This document shows, one piece after another, positions 8,975-19,466 of a stretch of 60,653 nucleotides of DNA (position 1 is its first letter; every line of letters starts with the position of its first letter). The translations under genes were made by a program, and so were the position numbers. Source of the DNA: Candidatus Methylomirabilota bacterium (lineage in GTDB: Bacteria > Methylomirabilota > Methylomirabilia > Rokubacteriales > CSP1-6). The DNA lies in the NCBI GenBank assembly GCA_046726415.1, contig JBKPAK010000070.1, positions 1 to 60,653 of the forward strand, written 5' to 3'. The notes under the pieces were generated by a model. The model saw only the letters and a list, made by a program, of their open reading frames with translations, did not search any database and had not been told where the DNA came from.

Positions 8975-11128
8975 ATGCTGACCTTGGTTGTGCTGAACGC
9001 CGGCGCCATGGTCGTGGCCCTCCTCGGCGCCGTCGCCCTCGGAGTCTGCGGACGAACCAGCCAGCTCCTTCTCGGGACTCTCTGCGGCTATCTCGTCATC
9101 GTCCATTCGCTCGTGCTGCTGGCCGGGCTCCTCGGGTGCCTCACGGGAGAGGGGTTGATGATTCTCCTGACCGGGGCGATGGCCGGAGCGCTGTGGATCG
9201 CCCGCGGAGCCAAGCACGACCATGCGAACGGGTTCGACGGAATGCGGTTCACCGCCGCCGCCCTCTTCGCTCCACTCGCGGCAATCACCAGCGCCGTGGT
9301 CTGGACGTGGCCGCACGCGTTTCACGCGACGCAGTTGTGGGTCTGGGACGACTACACCTACCACATGGTCTATCCTGCGCTGTGGCTGCACCAACACGCG
9401 ATCGCTGCCGCCATCCCCTCTCAGAGCTTCACGATGCAGGCGTGGTATCCGCTGTCCGCCAGCCTCGTGGCCGCCTGGTTCATGGTGCCCTTCCAGGCCT
9501 CGCGCGGCGAAGCCCTCGCCTGGGTCAGCCTCACGGGACCGCTCTACGCCGGCATCACAGCCGGCGGCGCCGCCGAGCTCCTCGCGCGGCTGGGCTGTCG
9601 TCGTGGCGCGTGGGCGGTGCCGGTGGTGCTGTTGGCGACATCGCATCGGATTGCCGTCATGGCCTCCAGTTTCTCGGACGCCGATCTCGCGCAGGCGGCG
9701 GCACTCTTCGGAGCTTTGGTGTTCGCGGTTCCCCGAGGGGATGTCGAGAGCGGTGGCGAGGTCAGAGTCGACGCCGGTTACGCGGGACTGCTGACTGGCA
9801 TTGCCCTCGGGGTGAAGGTGAGCGCCGTTCCCCTGGCCCTCATCATCGCGGTTATGATGGCCCTCCGCGCCGGAGAGCCATCGGCGTCGCGCCTGGCGAG
9901 ATTGAAGGGGGCCATCCCGATCGGCCTGGTCTTCGCGGGGTCATGGGTCGCCACGGGCGGCTACTGGTATGCACGCAACATCATCCACACGGGCAACCCC
10001 CTCTATCCGGCCGCGTTTCTCATCTGGCCGGGCGCGAACTTTCCCGAGACGACGTTGGTCGAGTACACGCGACACTACGGGCTGCGCCGAGCGGTAGCCG
10101 ACGCCCTCCTGGTCTACGCGAACTGGCCGGCCTTCCACGCCACCCTCGCCGTCATCGGGCTGGTCGGCCTTGCCGGTTGGCTGGCGTTTCGCCGGCGATC
10201 GCTCACGCGTTCTCGGCGGTACTTCGCATACGGTACGCTCGCCATCGCAGGGGCGATCATGATCCTGTTGCCCGCCGCGCCCTATTCCGCCGGTAATGCG
10301 ATGACGTTCCGCGCGGGCTTCATCCACTGGGACAGCATGCGGTACATCGCACTTCTCCCCATCCTGGGCTGGGTGGCGTTGGGATTCCTCGTCGAGGCCG
10401 CCGCCCGTCATTGGCGGGCGCTACTGGCCACCCTGGTCACCACGGCCGCCCTGCTGGCGTCGGGCATCGCCCTGCTCGCCTCACCGGTCGTCCTGGTTGC
10501 CCTGGCCCTGGGCGCAAGGCTATTGCAATGGAGGGCCCAGCAATCGCCCACAAAACGCCCCAGCGGAACCCGGGGCGCTCTCCGATTCTCCGTCACGCGC
10601 CTCGCGGGTGGGAGGCTTTGCACAGAGGCCTGGCGAGCCAATGCGGTTCGCCGTGAGCTACTCGTGGCCAGCACCCTCGTCCTCGTCGTCGCCGCCATTG
10701 TCGTCTGGGCGCATGGCGCGAAGTCGGCGGCCACCACGGCGGCGGTGTATCGCGAGCCGCTGTTCGGAGCGGCGGTCGCCGTGCTCGACCGCCAGGCCGC
10801 GGGCACCCGAGTGGCAGTGTTCGGAGATCAGTGGGTCTACCCGGCGTTCGGGGCCCGCAATCACCTCCAGCCGGTCCGACTCGACCGCGATGGTCGACTG
10901 GCCACCACCCCGATCGCTGATGCCATGGCGCCCGGCAACCTCACCGTTGATCCGGCGGCCTTCCGCGCAAATCTCAGGGCATCCAGGGTGGGTCTGGTCG
11001 TCCTGGTGCACCTGGCCCATCCGGGGCGATCCGCCGAATGGCCCACGCAGCAGACCGCACTCGAGGCCATCGGCGATGCGCGCCTGCTTCATCGCGACGG
11101 CGCAGTCGCAATCTGGCAGCTCGAGTGA
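8975..11128 (+). CDS. large polytopic membrane protein, GT-C-like (ArnT/PMT superfamily) glycosyltransferase candidate
   Basis: Many TM segments, WDDYTYH in the first large loop, ALGVK, WYARNIIHTGNPLYP, RY motif and a soluble C-terminal domain. Confidence 0.65.
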   Translation: MLTLVVLNAGAMVVALLGAVALGVCGRTSQLLLGTLCGYLVIVHSLVLLAGLLGCLTGEGLMILLTGAMAGALWIARGAKHDHANGFDGMRFTAAALFAPLAAITSAVVWTWPHAFHATQLWVWDDYTYHMVYPALWLHQHAIAAAIPSQSFTMQAWYPLSASLVAAWFMVPFQASRGEALAWVSLTGPLYAGITAGGAAELLARLGCRRGAWAVPVVLLATSHRIAVMASSFSDADLAQAAALFGALVFAVPRGDVESGGEVRVDAGYAGLLTGIALGVKVSAVPLALIIAVMMALRAGEPSASRLARLKGAIPIGLVFAGSWVATGGYWYARNIIHTGNPLYPAAFLIWPGANFPETTLVEYTRHYGLRRAVADALLVYANWPAFHATLAVIGLVGLAGWLAFRRRSLTRSRRYFAYGTLAIAGAIMILLPAAPYSAGNAMTFRAGFIHWDSMRYIALLPILGWVALGFLVEAAARHWRALLATLVTTAALLASGIALLASPVVLVALALGARLLQWRAQQSPTKRPSGTRGALRFSVTRLAGGRLCTEAWRANAVRRELLVASTLVLVVAAIVVWAHGAKSAATTAAVYREPLFGAAVAVLDRQAAGTRVAVFGDQWVYPAFGARNHLQPVRLDRDGRLATTPIADAMAPGNLTVDPAAFRANLRASRVGLVVLVHLAHPGRSAEWPTQQTALEAIGDARLLHRDGAVAIWQLE
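10517..10631. mobile_element. MITE/REP-like element inserted in frame in the membrane-protein gene
   Basis: Core GAACCCGGGGCGCTCTCCGATTCTCCGTCACGCGCCT matches intergenic 19428-19465 (GAACCCCCGGGCGCTTGCCGATTCTCCGATGCGCGCCT). Ends AGGCTATTGCAA / TTGCACAGAGGCCT are imperfectly inverted. Confidence 0.55.
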
Positions 11129-11149
11129 GATGGGGCCTCGAGAGGATAC

Positions 11150-11361
11150 CCCCATGCCTCGCATGTTGGTGGACCGGGACAGCTCGTTCGAGAAGCGCAG
11201 GGCCGGCTCGCGTTCGGGGGCGAACGCGTGCTTCCCCATCTCGTCGGCCGGCGGACAGTGGACGTGGCAGTGCACGTCGATGCAGACGTGCCGACGTGCG
11301 CCCCTTGGTCGCTCGCTGCTGGCCACCGCGCGCCGCTGCTCCCGGGACAGGTGAAGAGCAT
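11150..11361 (-). pseudogene. N-terminal stub of an amidohydrolase_2 (ACMSD-like) gene
   Basis: GGAGG RBS + ATG (MLFTC), a frameshift, then CIDVHCHVH...EREPALRFSNELSRSTN. It ends at the repeat-like GGGGCCTCGAGAGGATACCCCCA. Confidence 0.65.
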
Positions 11362-11438
11362 GCGTCCTCCTCTGGTGAGTGGGGACCCCTGCCACAGCCC
11401 GCGCGCCGCGCGGTGGCGCCCTGGACTCCGGAACTCGA

Positions 11439-11747
11439 TTAGTCGGTGACCGAGCGGTAAATCTCCACCTCGGGCGGGCCCTCGGTAAGCCCTTCCTTCT
11501 CGCGGCGCTCGCGGTAGGCGGCGAGGTGCGGCGCCTTGCGGTGGGTGTCGAAGGCGGCGTCGTCCTTGTATTGCTCGTAGAAGATGAACAGGTCGGGGTC
11601 TTTGGTGGACCGATGCGGACGGTAGACGAGGCAGCCCGGCTCGGCCTTGCGCACCGCCGCCACTTGCTCCCTGAGGAGCGCGGCCAGCGCGTCGCCCTTG
11701 CCCTTCGCCGCCCGGATCTTCGCAATCACCGTGAGCACGTCAGCCAT
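11439..11747 (-). CDS. ABM family protein (putative quinol monooxygenase-like)
   Basis: EPGCLVYRPHRS...FIFYEQYKDDAAFDTH. Confidence 0.9.
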   Translation of the reverse strand: MADVLTVIAKIRAAKGKGDALAALLREQVAAVRKAEPGCLVYRPHRSTKDPDLFIFYEQYKDDAAFDTHRKAPHLAAYRERREKEGLTEGPPEVEIYRSVTD

Positions 11748-11834
11748 GATTCTCGCTCTCCTATTCGTCGAAATGTCCGTGCTGCTGGGATGTCGTCGCC
11801 CGTGAAGTCTCGCGGCGACATCCGGGGGTGCGGG

Positions 11835-12030
11835 TCACGCCGTGTCCGGTGGCGCCGCGACCACGTCCTCATAAGCGTGCCGCCTGGTGACCAGCCCCGC
11901 ATGCTGGAAGACATCGAGGGCCACCTCGAAAGCCGGACGGGTGATCTCGACGTGCGGCGTCCAGCAACCGAGCTTCTGGTAGTAGGCGATGGTCGAGGTC
12001 AGCACGGCCCGATGCTGATCTCGTCGCTCA
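11835..12030 (-). pseudogene. C-terminal stub of an ABC substrate-binding protein (NMT1/SsuA-like)
   Basis: TIAYYQKLGCWTPHVEITRPAFEVALDVFQHAGLVTRRHAYEDVVAAPP* resembles an SBP tail; no coherent N-terminal part. Confidence 0.55.
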
Positions 12031-12198
12031 CGGCAACTTCCCGAGAGGGTCTCCGGGGTGGCGAAAGACTCCACGGCAAGAATCGCGCCGCGTACAAACC
12101 GAGTCAAGGGCGTCGGGCGACGGTCGTGTCTCGGTTCGAAGTCTGAGCCCAGCTCGGCCCCCTCGCGCGGCCCGCTATAGTCCGATCATGGCAACCGT

Positions 12199-12217
12199 CC
12201 GACCCCTGCGGGGTCGG
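12199..12217. terminator. GC-rich hairpin just downstream of the FAH-family gene
   Basis: CCGACCCC-TGC-GGGGTCGG perfect 8-bp stem; no clear U-tract. Confidence 0.3.
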
Positions 12218-12226
12218 CTTACCCCC

Positions 12227-13417
12227 TCATCCCCCTAGAAGACCGCGCCGCGCGAGATTGGCCATCAGGGCGCCCGTGCCGAACGTCCACGGCTCCGCCT
12301 GATCGCAGGTCACCACCTCGTTGACGAGTGCGCCGAGCTCCGGCGCGGAGATCCTCACCACGTCGCCGACCTTGTGGGTGAATCCACTGCCCGCAGGCCC
12401 GCGATCGTCCACTGGCGCGAACATGGTGCCGATGAACAGGGCGAGCCCGTCGGGATACTGATGGAAGGGGCTGCTGGCCTGGCCGGCGAGGTCGGTCAGA
12501 TCGCGACTGATCTCGCCCACCCGCGTGGTGTGCGCAAGGTGGAACCCATCGACCCCGGCCACCACAGTCTCAAAGCTGAGGCGGCGCGCGACGTCGAGCG
12601 TGAAGGTCTCGTCGAACAGCCTGAGGAACGGCCCCATGGAACACGAGGCGTTGTTGTCCTTCGCGCGTCCCAGGAGCAGCGCGCTGCGCCCCTCGACATC
12701 TCGCAGGTTCACGTCGTTGCCGAGGGTGACGGCGACGATCGCGCCCGCGCTGTTGATGGCGAGCACCAGCTCGGGCTCGGGGTTGCTCCACACGGAGGCC
12801 GGATGGATACCCACCCGAGCGCCGAGACCCACCGCGGCCATGGGCGGGCACTTCGTGAACAACTCGGCGTCCGGTCCGATGCCGACTTCGAGGTATTGCG
12901 ACCACATGCCCTGAGTCACGAGCACATCCTTGACGCGGGCCGCCTCCGGAGAACCGGGCCGGAGGCCACGCAGGTCAGGCCCGATGATCCCCTGGATCTC
13001 GCGCCGCACGCCGTCGGCCAGAGCGGGATTCCCCCGCGCGCGCTCCTCGATGACGCGCTCGAGCAGGCTCGAGACGAACGTCACCCCACTGGCCTTGACC
13101 GCCTGCAGATCACAGGGGGCGAGCAGCCACGGCTTCGACGGATCGCGATATCCTTCGGAGCTGTTGGCGACGATGTCCTCCATCGGCTCCAGAGGCGGCG
13201 CCGTCTGGATCGACGCGCGAAGGTCGGCCGGCTTGGCGACGTTCAGGAGATGGCTGACCGTCGGGTACGATCGCGTCAGATCGACCGCATGGCGACCGCG
13301 CACGGCGATGACGGATGGTCCATCCTCGGCCGGGACCCACGCTCGTCCGACCAGCAAGGCCTCGGCTCTGTCGCTGGGCACGCACTCGCGGGCCGACAGA
13401 CTCAGTCGCGACGTCAT
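12227..13417 (-). CDS. fumarylacetoacetate hydrolase family protein (XylX-like 2-keto-3-deoxy-pentonate dehydratase type)
   Basis: LLAPCDLQAVKASGVTF..LERVIEE, WSQYLEVGIGPDAELFTK, NPEPE, LGNDVNLRDVEGRSALLLGRAKDN. Confidence 0.85.
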   Translation of the reverse strand: MTSRLSLSARECVPSDRAEALLVGRAWVPAEDGPSVIAVRGRHAVDLTRSYPTVSHLLNVAKPADLRASIQTAPPLEPMEDIVANSSEGYRDPSKPWLLAPCDLQAVKASGVTFVSSLLERVIEERARGNPALADGVRREIQGIIGPDLRGLRPGSPEAARVKDVLVTQGMWSQYLEVGIGPDAELFTKCPPMAAVGLGARVGIHPASVWSNPEPELVLAINSAGAIVAVTLGNDVNLRDVEGRSALLLGRAKDNNASCSMGPFLRLFDETFTLDVARRLSFETVVAGVDGFHLAHTTRVGEISRDLTDLAGQASSPFHQYPDGLALFIGTMFAPVDDRGPAGSGFTHKVGDVVRISAPELGALVNEVVTCDQAEPWTFGTGALMANLARRGLLGG

Positions 13418-13495
13418 GGTCCTCTCCTCGTGGAGCGCCGAGCCGCGGGGTTCATCACCGTGCGCGGCGCCGGCGGGGAAGGTCTCGCCGGTCGC

Positions 13496-14338
13496 TCAGG
13501 CGGCGAGCCCAGGCTTCAGGGCCGCCTCGGGCGTGCCGTCGAGCCACGGCAGTACCACGTCGTAAGGCCGGAGCAGGCAGTCGTCGGGCAGGCATTCGAT
13601 CGGCCTGAAGTCTCGGTGGGCGATGTACTCGGGCCGCTTGAAGCGCCGGATGTGGTTCGACACCGCGCAGAGGCTCAGGTACACGCTCACCCGGTTCCAC
13701 GGCGACAGATTCGACGTCGAGGCGTGCACCAGGCAGGAATGGAACATGATCATCGAGCCGGCCGATCCCTTGGGAGCCACGATGCCCCCACGGGCGACAA
13801 GCTTGGCAATGGTCTCGTGGTCGATGGTCCACAGGGGATAGCTGGTGGTCGTGGTATCGTGCCCGGCCTCGAGTACCCCGAGCCGGTGGCTTCCGGGGAT
13901 GAACATCAGCGGACCGTTGAACTCGTTCACCTCATCCAGGAAGATCGCCACGTTCATCGCGCGCGCCTCGGGCATCTGGTCGTCGTTGAACCAGGTGCCG
14001 AAGTCCTGGTGCCACTGCCAGACATCGCCGTCGAAGGCCATCTTCCCGTTGATCTTGAACTGATGCATGTAGACGGCTTCGCCGAAGACCTGCATCACGG
14101 GCCGGACCATCCGCGGATGGCGGGCCAGCCGGGCGAAGGGCGCGCTGTACATGTGGGCGGCGAAGTTGGTGCGCACCGCGTCGCTTCCCCTCTCGCGCAC
14201 GTTCTCCGGCCGCCGCTGCGCATACAGCCGCGGCACCTCGTCGGTCAGCCCGCGCACCTCCTCGGAGGAGAAGGCACCAGGAAAGAACAGGTAACCCTCG
14301 CGATCGAACTGTTCGATCTGTGCCGGTGTGAGCTTCAT
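13496..14338 (-). CDS. phytanoyl-CoA dioxygenase family 2OG-Fe(II) hydroxylase (ectoine/proline hydroxylase-like)
   Basis: HQFKINGK, WQWHQDFGTW, NGPLMFIPGSH, VHAS..N....R. Confidence 0.9.
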   Translation of the reverse strand: MKLTPAQIEQFDREGYLFFPGAFSSEEVRGLTDEVPRLYAQRRPENVRERGSDAVRTNFAAHMYSAPFARLARHPRMVRPVMQVFGEAVYMHQFKINGKMAFDGDVWQWHQDFGTWFNDDQMPEARAMNVAIFLDEVNEFNGPLMFIPGSHRLGVLEAGHDTTTTSYPLWTIDHETIAKLVARGGIVAPKGSAGSMIMFHSCLVHASTSNLSPWNRVSVYLSLCAVSNHIRRFKRPEYIAHRDFRPIECLPDDCLLRPYDVVLPWLDGTPEAALKPGLAA

Positions 14339-14434
14339 CGGGTCATCCTCCACCTCGAGCCCGAGGGGCCATCAAGTGCCGGCGTCGGCCCTGCCAGTAT
14401 AGAGCAGCGACCTCGCTCCCGAACGAGATGCCGT

Positions 14435-14636
14435 GGTTGACGGAGAGTTCCTTCCCTTCGCCGAACGACAGCTCGCTCAACGGTTGTCGGGCCCTGACGT
14501 AGGCGGGGTCTTCCCGGGCGAGCCAGTCCGTGAAGGCGTATCCGTAAGGGCTGGCGGCGCGCACATCTGCGTTCGTCAGCGGGGTGGCTGGCTTGGCGGC
14601 TTTCGCCCCTCTGGCGGCTGGACGGCGTTCGCTCAT
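14435..14636 (-). pseudogene. N-terminal stub, probably carboxymuconolactone decarboxylase-like
   Basis: AGGAGG RBS + ATG; FTDWLAREDPAYVRAR..LSELSFGEGKELS then the sequence degenerates. Confidence 0.45.
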
Positions 14637-14775
14637 CGTTTCCTCCTGTGGCCCCTCGCACACACTGTCGGTTCCGCGACCAGGTCACCGCGACCGTTGC
14701 GCCATGGGCCGTCGAGCCACCGCACGGCGTGGTGCGGCGGACGCGCGGTGTCATGGGCAACTCTCCGCTTTCGAT

Positions 14776-15537
14776 TCATCCTCCCCCGCGATGGGCAATG
14801 ACAAGGCGGTATCCCAGATCCAGTTCGGACCTGGCCAGGAGATGACCATATCGCCGGGCCCAGGTGCCATCCCGGAGATCGCCGCGCAGGCGTGCCAGCC
14901 CAGCTTCCAGATCGCTGATCTTGGAGAATGTCGAGATAGCTCCGCGGACACCGGGGTCCAGATAGGCATCCGGGCGCCGCCAGTACGCTCCGAGGAACCC
15001 GTCGGCGCAATCGTGGGGTATCGGGAGTGGAAGCACCTCGAGCGGTCCCACTACGCGCCGGAATTCGTCGAGTGGGGGGCCGATGTGCCGATCGATCTCG
15101 ATCATGGCCGGAAAGTAGTCCTCGGTCAGCCAGAAGCCAAAGGTCTCGGGGTCCCAGGTGACGATCACCACCCGACGCTGGGCGACTCTCGCCAGCTCCG
15201 TAAGGCCTCGCACGCGGTCGGGCCAGTGGTGCACCGTCAAGACCGCCAGTGCGGCCGCGAAGGCGGCATCGCGAAACGGGAGGTGCGTTGCGGATGCCTG
15301 CACGACGGGCGCACTGCCCGCCGGACGCTGGCGTATCATGGCCGGCGAGGGCTCCACGGCCACCACGAGGCGATCTCGCGGTTCGTACGACCCGGCCCCA
15401 GCGCCGACATTCACCACGGATGCCGCATCGCCGAGTGCCGATCGAATGGCGTCGGCGAGGCGGGGATCCGGACGACGGTAGTTCCCATAGCCGATGCCAA
15501 TCGCATCGTAGAGCTGGGGCGTCCTATTCAGGCCCAT
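14776..15537 (-). CDS. class I SAM-dependent methyltransferase
   Basis: YDAIG..Y...RRPDPR, VNVGAGAGSYE, AVEPS, LPF.D..F, HHW, IPHDCADGF. Confidence 0.9.
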   Translation of the reverse strand: MGLNRTPQLYDAIGIGYGNYRRPDPRLADAIRSALGDAASVVNVGAGAGSYEPRDRLVVAVEPSPAMIRQRPAGSAPVVQASATHLPFRDAAFAAALAVLTVHHWPDRVRGLTELARVAQRRVVIVTWDPETFGFWLTEDYFPAMIEIDRHIGPPLDEFRRVVGPLEVLPLPIPHDCADGFLGAYWRRPDAYLDPGVRGAISTFSKISDLEAGLARLRGDLRDGTWARRYGHLLARSELDLGYRLVIAHRGGG

Positions 15538-15568
15538 CGCGCACCGGCGAACTTGGGCACTGGGACGC

Positions 15569-16303
15569 TCACGACCGCATACTTCGCCGCGGGCGAGTGG
15601 ATGGGCGCCTCTGGCCGCGGGCGCGAGCCGTCCGCCCGCGCCCACCGGCCGAAGCAGTGCGCCCGGCGACGAGCCTCGTTCGCGGCGCGGCCCACCTGCA
15701 GACCGGGCAGCGCGCCGGCTCGTGCCCGCGCGCCGGGCAGTGCTCCCGCCCGAAGTAGATCATTTGCAAGTGCACCGCGCCCCAGACGTCCTCGGGGAAC
15801 GAGCGCTTGAGATCGCGCTCCGTCTCGACGACGCTTTTCCCCGACGACAAACCCCAGCGCGCGGCGAGGCGGTGGATGTGGGTGTCGACGGGGAACGCCG
15901 GTTTGCCGAAAGCCTGCACCATAACCACGCTGGCGCTTTTGTGGCCGACTCCAGGTAGGGCCTCGAGTTCTTCGAACGCCTCGGGGACGCGCCCGCCGTG
16001 GCGCTCGACGATGAGCCTCGACAGCGCGCGGATGTTCTTCGCCTTGGTGGGGGCCAACCCGCACGGGCGGACAATGCGCTCGATTGCGTTCACCGGGAGC
16101 GCCGCCATGGCCTGCGGCGTGCTGGCGCGAGCGAAGAGCCGCGGGGTGACCTCGTTCACGCGCGCGTCAGTGCATTGCGCGGAGAGCACGACGGCGACCA
16201 GCAGGGTGAAAGGATCCACATGGCGCAGGGGGATCGGTGGCACGGGGTACAAATCGTTGAGGACCTTCCGGATCTGCTCGGCCTTCTCGGCGCGCGTGCC
16301 CAT
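15569..16303 (-). CDS. nth: endonuclease III
   Basis: LLVAVVLSAQCTDARVN, HhH LPGVGHKSA, PVDTHIHR, C-terminal Cys cluster. Confidence 0.93.
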   Translation of the reverse strand: MGTRAEKAEQIRKVLNDLYPVPPIPLRHVDPFTLLVAVVLSAQCTDARVNEVTPRLFARASTPQAMAALPVNAIERIVRPCGLAPTKAKNIRALSRLIVERHGGRVPEAFEELEALPGVGHKSASVVMVQAFGKPAFPVDTHIHRLAARWGLSSGKSVVETERDLKRSFPEDVWGAVHLQMIYFGREHCPARGHEPARCPVCRWAAPRTRLVAGRTASAGGRGRTARARGQRRPSTRPRRSMRS

Positions 16304-16326
16304 CGGTGTTAAGCCACCTCAGCGGA

Positions 16327-16981
16327 TCAGAACTCGACGTCCAGCTCCTCCAGGGCGTCGGGTTCGGCCTTCGCCGCCTCGACCCACTCGACCATGTCCG
16401 GCAGCGCCATGATCCGCCCGCCGTGCGCGGCGCATTCGCGGTCGAGCCGCACGTCGTAGGTCAGAAAGCGCGTGACCACGGGAGCGTACATCGCATCGGC
16501 CATGCTGAGGGCCCCGAAGAGATACGGGCCCTGGGCGCGCGCGAGACACTCGCGCCAGATGGTGGCGCTGCGATCGATGTTCACCTGCGCGCCCGCCCAG
16601 ATCTTGAAGCCTGGATGGTGAACCTTGAGGTTCATCGGCAGCGCGGATCGCAGGTTGCTGCATCCCGCGTGCATCTCGCCGCAGATTGCGCGGCAACGCG
16701 CGCGGGCGGCGCGATCGGCCGGGAGGAGTCCAGCCTGCGGCCGGATCTCATTGAGGTATTCCCCGATGGCCAGGGTGTCCCAGATCTCGATGCCGTCATG
16801 CAGCAGCCGGGGGACCAGGACCGACGGCGAGAGGAGGAGCAGTTCCGCCCGATTGGTGGGATCGTCGATGGGGACGGTCTGCTCCTCGAAGTTCGAGGCC
16901 GGACATTCTGGTCATCAACCAACCCTGCAAGGACCAGGACGAGTAGTTCCTGCTGCCGATGGTGACGGTGGCCTTCGCCAT
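16327..16981 (-). pseudogene. glutathione S-transferase family gene with +1 frameshift near 16891
   Basis: SRNYSSWSL.GWL in one frame. A second frame gives SPSVLVPRL.HDG..IWDTLAIGEYL...CGEMH.G...LRSALPMN...SMADAMYAPV. Confidence 0.85.
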
Positions 16982-16994
16982 CGGAATATTCCTT

Positions 16995-17030
16995 TTGTCG
17001 CGGTGCAGCATAAGTTATAAGTAATGCCGC
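16995..17030. promoter_or_regulatory. AT-rich divergent promoter segment with TGC-rich (PhaR-box-like) motif
   Basis: TTGTCGCGGTGCAGCAT-AAGTTATAAGTA-ATGCCGC, with imperfect inverted arms around an AT core, between GST and phaZ. Confidence 0.4.
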
Positions 17031-17083
17031 TGTAAAGACTCCGTCATGGAGGTGGGGAGCGCACCCCCCGATCGACAGCCCAC

Positions 17084-18300
<1,217 letters not shown>

Positions 18301-18405
18301 ACGGCGTCGATCTGGGGCCAGACAGTCTGACTCCCGAGACCTGAGGGGGACTCTCGCCCTCGACGCGGGGGGCAATCGCCAGCACTGCTGGCTCTCTGCG
18401 CGAGG

Positions 18406-18904
18406 CTATTCGGCGTACGCCCGTTTTAGTGCATCGATGTCGATCTTCTTCATCTGAAGCATTGCCTCCATGGCTCTTTGCGACCGCTTGGAATCGGGGT
18501 CATTGATCATCTCGAGCAACACCCTGGGAACAATCTGCCATGACACCCCGTATCTGTCCTTGAGCCAGCCGCACTGCTGGGCCCTTTCATCCCCGCCCTC
18601 CGAAAGCTTGTCCCAGTAATAGTCCACCTCCGCCTGCGTCTGGCAATCGACTTGGAACGAGATGGCCTCATTGAATTTGAACATCGGGCCGCCGTTGAGC
18701 GCGCTAAACGCCTGCCCCCCCGAGTTCAAATGCCACCGCCATTACCGATCCCGCCGGTTTTCCGTGGACGTCGTGTCCCGCTTCTCCGTACCGAGCAACG
18801 CTTACGATCTTTGACCTTCTAAAGATAGCGGTATAGAACGCTGCTGCCTCTTCAGCTTGATCATCAAACCACAAACACGGGGTGATCTTTTGAAGAACTG
18901 GCAT
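18406..18904 (-). pseudogene. VOC/PhnB-like (3-demethylubiquinone-9 methyltransferase family) gene with frameshift in a G7 run (18715-18721)
   Basis: QKITPCLWFDDQAEEAA.FY...FEL, then GQAFSALNGGP.FKFNEAISF...QCGWLKDRYGVSWQIVP in another frame; visibly lower GC than neighbours. Confidence 0.88.
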
Positions 18905-19066
18905 GGGGTTTCTCCTCGTCGGGCCTCATCACGGATGGGAATCACCCGTGACTACAAGATAGTCGTTTGGAGAAGCCCGAGATCGACAACGCTGGCTCGC
19001 GCCTTCCCGAGCGGCTCAGGACGCGCTGCGGAATTGATCAGCCCCCCCAGGGAGATCTACTCCATA

Positions 19067-19393
19067 TCAGCGCGATGATTCCGGGCTCCGGCCGGCGTAG
19101 AGCCTGGCCACGACGTCCTCGATGGCGGGCTCGAGCACCGAGATATCGCGCAGCGCCGCGACTCCGGCCAGTCGCCGCACCAGGTTCCCGGCCGTCGCGG
19201 CGTCGCCGTCCAGCGCATAGGTGATGCGCCGCCCATCGGCCTGCACGGACAGCACGACCACCGTCACCAGGTCGAGGACACCGAAGGCCACACTGCCCAG
19301 CAGGTCCACGACGAACGAGGTTCGGTACTGGGCCTGGCTCTGGATCTGCGCCCGCAACAAGTAGCCGTACGTCGCGAGCCTGAAGACGTGCAT
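19067..19393 (-). pseudogene. in-frame chimera of an ABC-2 permease N-terminus and an ABC ATPase C-terminus
   Basis: LLRAQIQSQAQYRTSFVVDL...LVTVVVL joined to ADGRRITYAL...LRDISVLEPAIEDVVARLY*. Confidence 0.75.
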
Positions 19394-19466
19394 GGCCCCG
19401 ACCTGGCCCCCCAATCCCCCCGTGCCCGAACCCCCGGGCGCTTGCCGATTCTCCGATGCGCGCCTA
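19392..19466. repeat. dispersed palindromic repeat copy between the ABC-2 permease genes
   Basis: TGGCCCCGACCTGGCCCCCCAATCCCCCC...GGGCGCTTGCCGATTCTCCG, similar to the 3800 and 10529 copies. Confidence 0.65.

Noticed and set aside
13496-14338. ectD
   Set aside because: It is related, but the EctD signature (WHSDFETWH) differs (WHQDFGTWF), and no ect genes are nearby.
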